A stretch of DNA of 64,000 nt, taken from contig OZ024743.1 in NCBI GenBank assembly GCA_964016885.1, forward strand, positions 198,028,001 through 198,092,000. Direction: 5' to 3'. This DNA is from Eledone cirrhosa. Its lineage: Eukaryota. Positions 1-13,694 of the stretch are shown in pieces (the first letter of the stretch is position 1; every line of letters begins with the position of its first letter). A model generated the notes under the pieces. It ran no database searches, had not been told where the DNA came from, and worked only from the letters and a program-made list of their open reading frames with translations. Both the position numbers and the translations under genes were made by a program.

Positions 1-641
1 AGAGTGTGAGGGGGGAGAGAGGGAGGCGGGAAAAAGAGCATCTAAGAATGTGCTTGGGTAAATATATAAAGAATGCGAAGGTGACAAGTTTTTGTATGTG
101 GCGAGGCATCGAGATGAAACCGAAGAACAAAGTATAATAATAATAATAACAATAATGATAATAAAAATAATAATAACAACAACAACAACAATAATAATAA
201 TGATAATACTACTACTACTAATAATAATAACAAAGAAGAAGAAGAAGAAAAAAGATAGTAAATATGAATAATTGAACTGACTGATAACTTACGAAGGAAG
301 TGTGAAGAAGATGTACTTTGTAGAGGCTGTGGTGGCAAATTTTGAGGTAACGATAGACGAGAGAAATCGTCGGGGTGTGGGTTCATGTGGGATTAAAATA
401 AGAACTGAAATTGATATAGAGATCAAGTTGAATAAAATAACAACAACAAGAAATTGAGAAAGATATTTCAGGAGATATTTTGTGTAACATCCTGAATATG
501 GTGTAGTATGGGAGTAAAGAGTGCCAAGTGACTTGACATCGGTCTGTAAATAGATAACAGCCGAAGCAGACAAGGCAAAGTGTGTTATGTCTGACACAGA
601 GTATAGAATGGATAAGAAAATAATGGTAATATAAATATGCA

Positions 642-713
<72 letters not shown>

Positions 714-794
714 TACACTTTGATCTTAGCCAAAAGGCCGATATTCTGATGTCTGAATATATCCGTCTGTGTATAATGTATATGATGATAATAA

Positions 795-1240
795 TTGTTT
801 CTACTATTGGCACAAGGCCAGCAATTACCCAGTACATTACAGGTACTTTATTTTATCGATCCCGTAAGGATGAAAGTCAAAGTTAACCTCGGCGGGATTT
901 GAACTCAGAATGGCAAGGGCCGTAACTCTATGCGTCAAAGCAAGGCGTGCGACCCTCTCATGGTTTCTTATATAGGAACAAGGCCAGTAATTTTGGGAGA
1001 GGAGAAAGTCGAATAAATCGACCTCAGTTTGTCACTGGTACCTTATTTTATCGACCCCGTAAGGATGAAAGACAAAGTTAACATCGGCGGGATTTGAACT
1101 CAGACCGGAAAGGGACATGAACTGCAATTTTGGAGAAGGTGAACGTCCATTAAATCGACACCAGTGTGTGACTCTTACTTTATTTTAATTACCCCGTAAG
1201 GATGAAAAGCAAAGCTAGCCTCGGTGGCATTTGAAATCAG
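795..1240 (-). mobile_element. Three tandem tRNA-derived SINE copies (Octopus OK-like family)
   Basis: The reverse complement of GAGTTCAAATCC (B box)-CGCCGAGGTTAACTTTGCCTTTCATCCTTACGGGGTCGATAAAATAAAGTACCAG recurs three times. Family name is from recall, not from a search. Confidence 0.85.
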
Positions 1241-1759
1241 AACTAATGCTATTCTGGAATGTATATTAGATTCCCACTTGTCAGGAGCCACTATCACCCG
1301 TTGCTGGTTGGTGAGAACCCACGGGGATTTTGTATACCAGTACTTATCAAAATTTGACAGTTATGTATGTGGATGTTCATTTGAAGTAGAATTTAAAAAG
1401 ATTACACAACTTATATATATTTATATTTTTTATTTTCTATTCGTCTGTTGGAACACAGAACAAGCTAAAAAGAAAGAGTGTGTGTGTGTGTAGGAGGGTG
1501 GGTGGGTGTATACATTTAAAAATATAATTATGGTTTCTTGAATGCTGCCTTATTATATTACTAGTAATTTAATGCTGCGTTTCAACATGAAATAGATCCC
1601 TACCTCTGACCTAAGGATTTCTTAGGAGCCCCAGCAAATCTAAACTATCATCCTCTACTACAGCATCCAAGGAGGGCGCCCTATCTCTAAACTCTCCAGC
1701 CTACAGGCGCATGGTCGGGATAGGCCATCCTCGCTACAATGAACTACATTGTAACAAAT

Positions 1760-2670
1760 GTACTGGTGGGCAACACTTCGCTCTCTACGATCAACTTCCT
1801 TTATAACTGGAACTTGAAGAAAATGATGATGGCATAGATGAAGAAGAATGTGTCTTTCTTCGGTCCGTTCAGCAATGTCCACCAATCAACTTCTTTCACT
1901 ACAGCCACCAGGCAAAGAAGAATGCAACTGTGTTGGGCGATTTTCACGATGGTCTCAATCGCTAGCCGGATCCGTCCTACACGTAATAAGAGCTGTTCGA
2001 CAAAATTACACAAGTCAGTCATGCACGGACACTAGATGCGTGCGTGCAGAACGGTTGGCTCGCACTGCACGCATCTTGGATAAGTCTGTCTGACAGCACT
2101 TCCGCGCCTGTATAATAAGCCTTTAGCCGGCAATGAGCCCCAAACCACCAAGGATTTCTGGAAGCTGTCCATAGTCCACGACTCGAACCTTTTCCGGAAC
2201 AGACTGGTCAGTTTGATTTCACACTTTCGCACCACTAGTTTTCTATAGAATTCTAGAGTGTCATTTCCACAGATCACATTGCCCGACAGGTAGAGGGCTG
2301 TGAGCGCCTTACAACATTCCAGATGACAGGCGCCCAGCCTCTGGTTTCGTCTGAGCCAAGTTTACAGCTCAGTCAAAGAGGCCAGCTGCGGTAATACTTG
2401 TCTGAAAAACGACGGTCACAACTGTTCACCGATTTGCAATATCTGAAGATGTAACCAAGGTATGTTTGCACATCATCAGCCACGGCAATACCAACCCTTC
2501 GCGGAAAGGGTGCAGGGCGCAGACATGGAGAGAGATAGAGGATGGTATAAACTCTACCGTGACGCGAGGCTGTTTCAGCTTGTATGGAGTAACCTTCCTG
2601 AAGTGTATACATAAAAGCTTAGGCGTCGCGCTCGGGTTATACCTTCCTTTATACCCACTCTGTTCTTTCT
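1760..2670 (-). pseudogene. Degenerate 3' part of a Tx1/L1-clade LINE ORF2
   Basis: ORFs 2032-2277 (TLEFYRKLV..MDSFQKSL..PRCVQCEPTVLH) and 1801-2022 (GRIRLAIETIVKIA..CLVAVVKEVDWWT..FFKFQL) align by eye with the C-terminus of ORF 48227-50551. Confidence 0.85.
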
Positions 2671-2679
2671 CAGGCATAG

Positions 2680-2750
<71 letters not shown>

Positions 2751-2752
2751 AT

Positions 2753-2900
2753 ATAGAAATGGCTTCTACAGGACTAGAATTGTTTCATTCGCGAGTTCTA
2801 GTCCTATAGAAACATTTCTATATCCAATATTTATTTATACTCTGCTATGTATTGAGTACCTTATTTACTGTGGTTACCTCCGATTGAACCCGGGATAAAC
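2753..2900. repeat. Short PLE-like terminal relic in foldback arrangement (same family as 7508-7625 and 31727-31835)
   Basis: TAGAAATGGCTTCTACAGGACTAGAA is followed by its imperfect reverse complement; 2850-2897 is the reverse complement of ~7508-7552. Confidence 0.6.
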
Positions 2901-3058
2901 ATATCTATCTATCTACCTATCAATCTCTCTCTCTCTCACTGGTTTATCCGAACTATTGAGCACTTTGCCGCACATTTCGAAGACTGTGTTTCGTTATTTC
3001 GTGGGCCGAAGTTCCGATTCTCGATAATTTATTTATATATGTATATATATATAGGTAC

Positions 3059-3164
<106 letters not shown>

Positions 3165-3637
3165 TCATATATATATATATATATATATATATACGTACAT
3201 GCATACATATGTACGTTCATGGGAATTATTCTCAGATCTTATATTCATTATATATAGAACTATGTCTCTATGAGAACAAATCGTCAATACAGATAAGATA
3301 AACATGAAACAAAATTAAATGTGATAAACCTTTTCTTTCGCACCGAGTACATATTTTTAATTCTCTTCCAAGTGTCTTTTATATATCTATTCACCCTTTG
3401 TTTACATAAAAATATATAATTCTCATTCAATCCTATATTTATTCTCATAAATCTAATTTAATTACATTTATATGATTTTCATTCACTCACATGCAAACAT
3501 ATTTACGTACGAACTCTCTCCCTCTCTCTCAAATACACCTATAGACTCGCATACACTCCATTTGTATACATAGATTATCATATATAAACCTAAACACAGA
3601 AACGAACACATACCCACCCCGCACATATATATGTATG

Positions 3638-3730
<93 letters not shown>

Positions 3731-3803
3731 CCGTACATATATATATGTATATATGTGTGTATATATATATATATTTATATATATATATATTTATATATAT
3801 ATA

Positions 3804-3853
<50 letters not shown>

Positions 3854-3878
3854 CATACATATATATATATACATACAT

Positions 3879-3919
3879 GTGAAAGTGACAAAGTGTAAAA
3901 TGATGTAGCTATAGATGTA

Positions 3920-3989
<70 letters not shown>

Positions 3990-4127
3990 ATATATACATA
4001 CATACATACATATATATATATATATACATGTGAAAGAGACAAAGTGTAAAATGATGTAGCTATAGATGTTATATATATGTACATATAACATCTATAGCTA
4101 CATCATTTTACACTTTGTCACTTTCAC
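3879..4127. repeat. ~40-bp unit present twice in direct and once in inverted orientation among (TA)n tracts
   Basis: GTGAAAGTGACAAAGTGTAAAATGATGTAGCTATAGATG at ~3879 and ~4030; its reverse complement at ~4089-4127. Confidence 0.9.
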
Positions 4128-5254
4128 ACACACACCCGTTTGTGTTTGTGTAATTACATAAATATATAGCCATACATAAATATATACACATGTTACAATG
4201 TGATGAATTATTTATGTTATAGAATTAAATATATAACTTCTTTCTTGCAGAGATAATTACTTGAATTGAAATCCCTGATTCAAGTCTCTCATTCATTTGT
4301 ATGATATTCTTTTTAATTTCTTTAAATGTGATTTTATTGATAACCATTTATTGCAAGTGTTTTGTGTTGTACAGTAGAACATCTTCAACACGAGCTTGTA
4401 ACTATATTACACGTTGCATTTTTAACCATATTGATCCCGTGTGTTTTCGTGTCAAAAAAAGCTTTTCTGTTCATGTAAGATATGTATTCTTATAAAGATA
4501 AATATATGTTATTATGTTATATTAATTCAAGTTATATTTTCCCCACCTCTTTATTATATGAAGCGTGTGTCCTTCCATATGCTCTATTTCGTTCTGTACT
4601 TTGAAAGCAATATGTTCCAGTTGACATATAAAAATGCATGCAGCTACCTCTAGTGATTTCTCTATGTAAATGTTGCAATCGAATAAAATATATATATATA
4701 CTATGTTTTAGCAGCAATCGGATGTTACATGTAAGTTAAGTGATTCTACACTATTATGGTTGTTATCTACACTAACTAATAAGTAAACTTGCGGCAACAC
4801 CGAAAACTATGATGTATTTCCTTCATGTATCAATATTTTTATGTATCAAAATTTTTATATAAATGTTCCAATAATTCTTTTTTATTAAGTTAGAAATAAG
4901 AAGATTATCCTTTAACTTGCAAACTGAATTTGTAAACGGAATTTGCATAAGTAAGTTAGTTTTTAATAGATATTGTTCAAATATCTAGAAAATTTATAGC
5001 TTACGAAACATTGGGTGAATTTGAAATTTGAAAATGTGAGCGTTCCAACGCAGAACATGACTATAATACACTTGATTGCTTTAAATATCACTTGGGAAAT
5101 TTCGTAAAATAGACATAAAGACGAAAAGATTTGTGGACAGAAGCGCCTGCGAGGAATCGATATCTGTATATCTCGAATACCGCTTGAGAGAACAAATGAC
5201 TAAAATATTTGTAATGAATAGTACATTTATTTTTTATAATCTCGACAAGCATAG

Positions 5255-5630
5255 GACGTGGATTGGGTGTATCGCTAGAGCCCCAAACATCCTGCTTTGC
5301 AGCATAAATTTATGGCCCTTTACGTTCTGAGTTCAAATCCCGCCGAAGTTAGTTTCGCCTTTCATCCTTACAGGGTCGATAAATAGAGCACCACTAATGC
5401 ACTGGGGTCGATTTAATGGACTTTCCTCTCCCCTTCAAATTGCTGGCCTTGTGCCCAAAGATGAAACAATTATTTCGACAAGAATGAGTTCAAATCCCCA
5501 GAGGTTAACTTTGATTTTCATCTTTACGGGATAGATAAAATAAAATTCTAGTAACACACTGGGGTCGATTTAATCGACTTTCTTGTTTCCCCAAATTTTT
5601 TGCCTAGTGCCTATATCAAAACGATTTATT
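5255..5630 (+). mobile_element. Two tandem SINE copies
   Basis: GAGTTCAAATCC B boxes at ~5329 and ~5487, each followed by the conserved SINE core. Confidence 0.8.
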
Positions 5631-7633
5631 TCGATAAGTACAGTAGATATTCCTAGACATATTTCGGTCTTATTTTGAATACATCAGAACATTCCTTTCT
5701 GGTAAAAGAAAAATAGGTGAAGATTCTATTCACTTACGCAGTCCGCATGAATAACAATATTCATTATCAAAAATAAATTAGTATTAACATATTTAATACA
5801 TAAAAGTTAACACCTTACAGTATGTCTGGTCTTATTTCGTTGCATAACGTATTAATGCTCAGAGCGTTATATATGCTAATATTTTCGATTAATTGAATGT
5901 TTGATTGATTAAATTAGGAATGCCTCAATAGTGATGCGTCTGGGGGGTACCTAGCTACGAGAACACTGAGAATCCTGCTGTTCGACTTTCCAGCTTTTGT
6001 AATGTGGATTTGATTAAACAATAATAGTGCCAACTGACTACATTTAGTATTATAGCTAACGAAACAACAATTTATAAGTAAATAATTCAACATATGAAAT
6101 CTGATTACTTCCTTAACAATAAAATGGTTGAATGCTAAACGACTATATACTTACAATATAAAATACTAGTTACATACATGCATACATACACACATATGAA
6201 CATATGTATAGACGAAAGCATATATATGTAAATATATATATGCACACCCACACACATACACTCACACAGGCAAACACAGACACAGGCACAGATACTCCCC
6301 TCCCTCTACATATATTATACTCTCATTCAGATGCACTTACATATATGAGTATGTACATATGTGTACAATGCGTCTATGTGTATTGGTCCATGATAATATC
6401 TGTGCATGTATGTGTACGTTAACGTCTCTTACATTGTTGTAGTGTTATAAACCTTAAATGTTTCGTATAGAGGAATTATATCTGAGCAGAATGACAGACC
6501 GAATAATATATAATAGTTTCATATTAAAAAATTGCCGTTAGATCATGTTGCATTGCTATTGTAAGCAAAACATTCATATACAATAGAAATCTACTACACT
6601 GCCTTTACACTTACAGATGTCCATAAATCTTTCGTAAATAGCACAGTTTTCCGGATATTGTAATAATATTTGTAATACAAGTTATCTAACACATAGGCAG
6701 AGGTAAACAACATGTATACACAAAGCCACGATACAATGTAAACGCAATAAGGATATTTTTTGTTATCAGAATGAGGTAACAATTTTCCAGCCATTAATTT
6801 CCATTGAAGCATGGCTTCTATTATAGTGTTATCATAGAACGATTGCAAGACAGTTTTTTTTTATATGTATATATATATATATATATAATATATATAACGG
6901 AACACTAAAGCAAATTCAAAATAATGGCTGCGAAGGAAAACAACGAGCGATAAAAATGAAAGAAGCAACAAGCTTATGTCTGTTTGCATTGTTAGTTAGT
7001 TTAGCTGCTTTGTTTATTCTGTAAAATAAATCATTTTCATCTATTTATTAAGCAACAAAAGCAAACATACAGAAGACAAAAGACAATGTTAAAGGGAAAA
7101 CAGTATATGGTGCATATAACAGCATGTAGTGGGAAATAAACACAGCACACAAAACCACACGAATCTAATGTTTATTCTATCAACATCAATTAAAATCTAA
7201 TTCCCTAATTCTTTGCACGAAGAATATTTTACCACATTTTCATGTAAAATGTCTAATTATCATAAATCTACTAACATAAAAATTATACCTTATTCTTTAC
7301 CGTATTTTTCACACATTCTTTCATATATTCTTTAACCTATTTTTCACACATTGAAAGCGATATATCACTTATATCTTCTATTCTTTTGTAATTGAAGTGC
7401 GACCATTCTGGAGCCGCGCCTCAATTTAGCCGGCACCAACATTTTGGTTACAAAGTGATTTTTCAATATTATAAAGTGCGAAAGATATGTCTGTGTGTGT
7501 GTGTGAGTCCCGGATTCTATGGGAGAGGGGCAACCACAGTAAGGTACTCAATATATTAGTAGAGTGTAAACCCTGATGATTTCTTTTGAATGAAACAGTT
7601 CTAGTCCTGTAGAAGCCATTTCTATGTTAAACA

Positions 7634-7710
<77 letters not shown>

Positions 7711-7832
7711 GGAGGTGAGTTTTATTGTAGTACAATAAAGCAATGCAGATATCGGATAAGAAGCACTCTACAGTTGTAGGACTGGAGTATACATAATATA
7801 TAAGATCAAAAGATGGTTAAATGAGTTCCATG

Positions 7833-7903
7833 TATTTTATTATGCGCATTTCAAAAACAAATATCATCATGCAATAACATTTGTGTTTTCATCAGATAAA
7901 ATA
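7833..7903 (-). ncRNA. Inverted copy of the hammerhead ribozyme motif
   Basis: Reverse complement of 10117-10187. Confidence 0.8.
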
Positions 7904-8786
7904 GGAGGACATGATATGAAGGTTAAAAATACTTGTGGATAGTGCAGTTTTAAATCAACATATGAAAAGTAGTTTTAGATTGATGTGTGATATTGGGGAA
8001 AAATTTTTTGAGGGGGGTGGGGGGTGGAAAGGATGAAAAAGAGGAGGAGATGAGAGTAAAAAGTGGAGGGGGAGGAGTATAATGAAAGGAGTATAATGAA
8101 AGGAGTATATTGAAAGGTTTAATAATATGTGCGATGAAAAGAAATTGTTAATATGTATTAAGAATAATATTTAAGGGTTTAATAATATGTGCTATGGAAA
8201 GAAAATGTTAATATGTATTAAGAATAATATTTAAGGGTTTAATAATATGTGCGATGGAAAGAAAATGTTGATATGTATTATTAAAAAAACAGAAGTAATG
8301 TAAGTAAGGATATATTGTGAGATGAGCATGAATAAGTTAGATGAAAGTGAGAAAAAAAATAATGAATAGAGGATGAATAATCTAACATAAAAAAAAATGT
8401 TTATGTTTACGAAGGATTTTTTCAAGGTGATATGAAGTAAGAATATAGTGTATTGTGTAATAATTGTTTCTATGTTAGGCACAGTGAGAAAAGGTACAGA
8501 TTAGGGGTTAGAAATTAAAAGAAAAAGAAAAGAAAAGGAAAAGGAAAAAAGGGAAGTGATGAATAGGAGTGATATAGAATGAGTAACAAGTATTATATAA
8601 TGTAATAAGGTAGAAAGATGGGTATATTTTTAAAGAAGTATATATATGAGAAGAGGATTCTGAATTGATAAAGTTTAGGATATTAGCTGTATACTTTATG
8701 GAAAGTTCTGTGGAATTTATGCAAGCAGATAGAAAACAAGTCAGTGCGTCTATTTATTATAGAATCTAAATTAGATATAATGGTAA

Positions 8787-9155
8787 ATTTACGAATGTAA
8801 AGTTATAACTGACACCAATTCCTTCACCTATTTTGGCTCCACTTCCACCTCCTTTAAAGCTCGTCTTTATAATCATCATTCTTCTTTTAAATATAAACTT
8901 AAAAGAACCAAAACGGCTCTCTCAGAACTCATATGGTCCTTGAAAGACAAAATTATTAAATATAACATCTCTTGGAAAAAGGTTTCCTCTGCTTCTTTAT
9001 ACTTGAACAGTTCTCTATCCAAGACTTGCAATCTCTGTCTAAATGAAAAATTTACCATTATATCTAATTTAGATTCTATAATAAATAGACGCACTGACTT
9101 GTTTTCTATCTGCTTGCATAAATTCCACAGAACTTTCCATAAAGTATACAGCTAA
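8787..9155 (+). pseudogene. PLE GIY-YIG endonuclease C-terminal fragment
   Basis: Open frame IYECKVITDTNSFTYFGSTSTSFKARLYNH..LSELIWSLK..CNLCLNEK..C.HK. Confidence 0.85.
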
Positions 9156-10116
9156 TATCCTAAACTTTATCAATTCAGAATCCTCTTCTCAAAGGCACAC
9201 ACACACATATATATACTTCTTTAAAAATATACCCATCTTTCTACCTTATTTCAAAGTTATTTATCATACATTATATAATACTTGCTACTCATTCGATATC
9301 ACTCCTATTCGTCACTTCCCTTTTTTCCTTTTCCTTTTCTTTTCTTTTTCTTTTAATTTCTAATCCCTAATCTGTACCTTTTCTCACTTTGCCTAACATA
9401 GAAACAATTATTACACAATACACTATATTCTTACTTTATATCACCTTGAAAAAATCCTTCGTAAACATAAACATTTTTTTTGACGTTAGATTATTCATCC
9501 TTATTCATTATTTTTTTCTCACTTTCATCTAACTTATTCATGCTCATCTCACAATATATCCTTACTTACATTACTTCTGTTTTTTTAATAATACATATCA
9601 ACATTTTCTTTCCATCGCACATATTATTAAACCCTTAAATATTATTCTTAATACATATTAACATTTTCTTTCCATCGCACATATTATTAAACCCTTAAAT
9701 ATTATTCTTAATACATATTAACAATTTCTTTTCATCGCACATATTATTAAACCTTTCAATATACAAACCTTAACTTTACATTATTTTTCTCTTCGTTAAT
9801 TTTCAAATCCTTTTAATTTATACATTATCTTCCAACGGTTTTTCAACCTCTCTATGTAAAACAATATATTTTCTCAGTTATAAAAGCTATCTCTCTCTCT
9901 CTATCACCCATCTCTCCTCCTATCTCATCCTTCCTCACTATACTCCTCCCCCTCCACTTTTTACTCTCATCTCCTCCTCTTTTTCATCCTCTCCCCCCCA
10001 CCTAAAAAAGAAATTTGTTTTCCCCAATATCACACATCAATCTAAAACTACTTTTCATATGTTGATTTAAAACTGCACTATCCACAAGTGTTTTTAACCG
10101 TCATATCATGTCCTCC

Positions 10117-10187
10117 TATTTTATCTGATGAAAACACAAATGTTATTGCATGATGATATTTGTTTTTGAAATGCGCATAATAAAATA
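10117..10187 (+). ncRNA. Type I hammerhead ribozyme motif in PLE terminal repeat
   Basis: Stem I TATTTTAT/ATAAAATA, CTGATGA at 10125-10131, long stem II, GAAA at 10168-10171, palindromic stem III ATGCGCAT, AUA cleavage triplet. Confidence 0.8.
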
Positions 10188-10767
10188 CATGGAACTCATT
10201 TAACCATCTTTTGATCTTATATATTATATATATATATATGTTACTTTGGTATATTATTGTGTGTTAGATTTTGCCTACCACAATGTTCGATTTGTCAAGC
10301 CATTTAAACATGTTATTACTCTAAGTATCTAACTTATCGAGAACTTTGCTAACTCATCATTTCATATAAGTAAACCGAATTTGCTTGCAAACCGCCAGAG
10401 ATTCGATTTTACTAAATTTCCAATTATATATATATATACTAGTAGTTTAGCCCGGCGTTGCTCGGGTTTGTTCATTTGGTATGAAAAGTTACATACAGGT
10501 AAACGTGGTTTGAAAGCGAATAAGCTTATCAATTAAGTGCATAAAGCAGTTGAACCGGTTATTAAAAGTTACGAACCAATTAGCATTTTGGTCAATCAAT
10601 GATGGGTTAATAATCTTCCAATAGCGAATTTAGTAGACCAAAGTTGCAAGATGGTGGCCCTGATGCCGCTGGGTGTCAGATCTGTCCGCCATGGGATACC
10701 CTACCAGGAAATAGTGTTCCAGACGGCATAGCTCCAACACCTGCACCAACATCTATAGCACCTCTTT

Positions 10768-12015
10768 TTAGACGATATTGCGTGTCATCCCTTGAGGAGA
10801 GTAAGCAAAAAGTCCATTCCTGCTCCCTGCGCGGGAACAGGCAACATAAAGTTGGCCATGGGAGAAGCATGGCTCCCCCAAATGGATGCCCGCCACCGAC
10901 AATGTTTGCCCTTGTGACTTGTTAATGGACATGGCAAAAAATGGTCTCATCGGGAATTGGGATCGCCGGAAATCGAATGGGATATCTGACGCCGAGGGGA
11001 AAAGGTTCATCCTTGGAATGAAAACATTCTCCCCTCTTCCGCACCCCGTTACAATGGTGGCCTCAATCAAGTGTGTGTCAGTGACTTGACGACCATGCGA
11101 GTACCGTTGCACTGCTTTGGTGGACGCAAGTTCCTTATTAGCATAATGGGACAGCCAACCCTAAGCTTAATAATGTGAGGTGGGAGCCCTGGGGGCTCAA
11201 GGAGATTTAATAACTCAACCGGATAATTAACGATATCGTCGGGGTCTGATTTGAAGATGTGCTCTTTACCGGGAATCTTCTCAATCAGCTGCTCGTTAAT
11301 AAAATTAACCATGGTATTTTTCGGAGCAAGGATGGCTCTTTCGCTGAGCCAATCGAGGTTTTTAAAGTTAGATGAGACATTAGGAAAAACTGCTTCCCAA
11401 AGGTCAGAAGGGCTGCTCACAATGTTGCACAGGGTGTCGATTGCTATGCCACCCTTGTCATCAGCAGGGATCTTGCCCTCACCAAGTGCTAAAATGTTCT
11501 GTGCTGCAGACATGTTGTCACCATGCAAATGAGCACGCATATTTGTGCTCAGGTACAAACTATTCACCTGGAGCCACAACATGGACGACTTAAGACAGGC
11601 ACGCACTTCATCAGCTCTTGTCCATTTGGGGATGACAGGCAGCCTTTTCCGAAAATCCGCTGATAGCAGAAGGGTTACGCCACCCATAGGAGCCGTAGAA
11701 TCCCTAATGTCTTTCCGGGCCCCGTCCAATGCCTCAAGGGCACCCTTGTGTGCCATTGTGCACTCATCCCAAACAATGAGTCAACATCTTTTGAGAACCA
11801 GAGCTTTGTGTGAACTCTTGCTGATATTGCATGTTGGTGTCTCAGTTTTTACTAAATCCAAAGGGAGTTTAAAGGTTGAATGTGCTGTCCTGCCTCCCGG
11901 CAGCAAAGTAGCAGCGATCCCGGACGATGCAACGGACAACGCAACTTTTTTCTCCTGACGAATCTTAGCAAGAATCAAATTCGTTACAAAAGTTTTTCCA
12001 GTACCCCCAGGAGCG
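10768..12015 (-). pseudogene. Helitron PIF1-like SF1 helicase, frameshifted
   Basis: Walker A region near 11990-12015, ASSGIAATLLPGGRTAHSTFKLPL, RAILAPKN, LRVGCPIMLIRNL, FAMSINKSQGQTL, FSHGQLYVACSR. Confidence 0.92.
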
Positions 12016-12049
12016 TTTTTTATTGGGGGGGGGATCAGGGTATTTTTTT

Positions 12050-12779
12050 TTTGACCTTGAGGTATAACCAGTCAGTAGTTCCTTCAAAAGCTCTGGCGGT
12101 TCCGGAAGAGGGGGCAAGGTGACCTTACCGTTTAAGCAGCACATTGCAGGTGGCTCCCCAGCCCACTTTGTAGCATTGCAGAATTGGCAATTGAAGCGCA
12201 TCTCGCCTATATTTATGTCAGAGCGCATCGAGTAATTAACGTTTTGCTCATACTTGAAAGCCAGTAGGTGCCAGTAAGGGCTGTTGGGGCTCGTCACACC
12301 GCGTGCAGCTTCTCGCCGTCGACTGTTACGCTTGAACGTAGAACATTGGTCGTGTGGTTGGTGGGAAGGCCTGGCAGCAATAGCAGAAGCAACATTTGCA
12401 ATGTTAATGGACCGCCCGTCTGCATCTTCAGAAGCCATGGAAGTAGTCATAGCCGCAGCGTTCGTAGGAAGGCGAGCCGTCCGTTGTTTTAAACGTTCCA
12501 AAGACCTGGAAGCAGCATTAGTCGCATCGTTTCTAGCCAGGCGCTTCGACCTTTGTTTCCGGCTCTCTGAAGCCCTGGAAGAAGCCTGGTATGAAGCCAT
12601 TTTGGCTAGGCGTGCGGTGCGCTGTTGGAAACTTTCAGCGGCTCGACATTCTGCTGAACGTAAGGCTGTCTGTGAAAGTCTTGAGGCATTTTCCTCAGAG
12701 GACTCGTTTGCTATAGTAGCCTTTTGCGCCACTGCTGACGCGTATGTCAACTGAGGCGACTTCTCTTTTTAGGTGGCAT
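12050..12779 (-). pseudogene. Helitron RepHel N-terminal region (Arg/Ala/Glu-rich repeats, CxxC..CC motif)
   Basis: CQFCNATKWAGEPPAMCCLNGKVTLPPLPEPPELLKELL is typical of Helitron N-termini; no Rep domain follows. Confidence 0.75.
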
Positions 12780-13164
12780 TTTATGTCCAAAAGAAAGGGT
12801 GAAAGTTACTTCTACAGAAAAATTGAGTTTGAAAGTCTACTGTCTGTTTATGAATATTGTTATTGTTGTTGTGATACAAATGTTAGTAAGTAAATGGGTA
12901 TCGAAAAATAAAGGGTGAAAGTTACTCAACATAAAAATTGACTTTGAAAGTATAAGGCTGATAATTGAATGTAAAAAGATTGATAAGAAAGACCCCCCTA
13001 AAAAAATTACAGGTATTTGTATGTATGTGTGTATTTTTATGTAGAAAAGAAAGGGTTAAAGTTACTTCTACAGAAACATTTAGTTTGAAAGTGTAAGGCC
13101 GATGTGTGTGTAAATTAAGTGACAGGTATTTGTATGTATGTGTGTATATGTATGTATGTGTGTA

Positions 13165-13694
13165 TATGTATGTTTTCTCTTTCTCTTAATTTCGAGTATA
13201 TTTTTTTGACCGGCCACCTTCCTGGTGGCAAGGTTGTAAAAGAAGAGAAATTGTCATCCCTTGAATCGCAAGAATGTTTTGCAAATTTTGAAGGTGCCAG
13301 CTATCGCAGCCATTTGTAGACTATGAATTAGGGAGCTGCGCTTTTTGTCCGCAAATCCAAGTTCGGTCATACTTTGGTCCAAGCGGGTTGGTATATAACC
13401 CGTAGCACCAATAATGATGGGTATGAAGCTAAAGGTGTATCTTGGATACTGGATTTGTAAACTCCTCATCAATGGTCCGTAGATGTCCTCCTTCTCCTGT
13501 ATTTTTCTGACAACGTTTACATCAAGTGGGCAGCTGATCTCCACAACAGAACACGTTTTCAATGTGTGGTCCCAAACTACAATATCAGGCCGGTTGTGCT
13601 TTAATTTGGTGGCAGTTTTTATTTTCAGGTTTCACCAGTATTCCTTAGTGCCATCTGTCTCAATATATTCTTCCTCGTTTGTTGTTAATTTTGT
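13165..13694 (-). mobile_element. 3' fragment of an R4/Dong-like RLE retrotransposon in a TATG-rich tract, nested in the Helitron
   Basis: HNRPDIVVWD and VVEISCPLD..EKEDIYGPL..FIPIIIGATG; TATG-type repeats on both sides. Confidence 0.85.

Larger units (their letters stand above)
7793..10227 (+). mobile_element. 5'-truncated Penelope-like element with ~1-kb inverted terminal segment
   Basis: 7793-8790 is the reverse complement of 9048-10227 (the right arm has an extra ~190 bp). The centre encodes a GIY-YIG C-terminus and both arms carry a hammerhead motif. Confidence 0.88.

Noticed and set aside
289-837. 182-aa minus-strand ORF
   Set aside because: It is a composite of SINE, (TA)n and low-complexity sequence with no recognisable domain.
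9590-9760. 60-bp tandem repeats (mirrored at ~8113-8280) as a possible CRISPR-like array
   Set aside because: There are no unique spacers, the context is eukaryotic, and the repeats lie within the PLE UTR.
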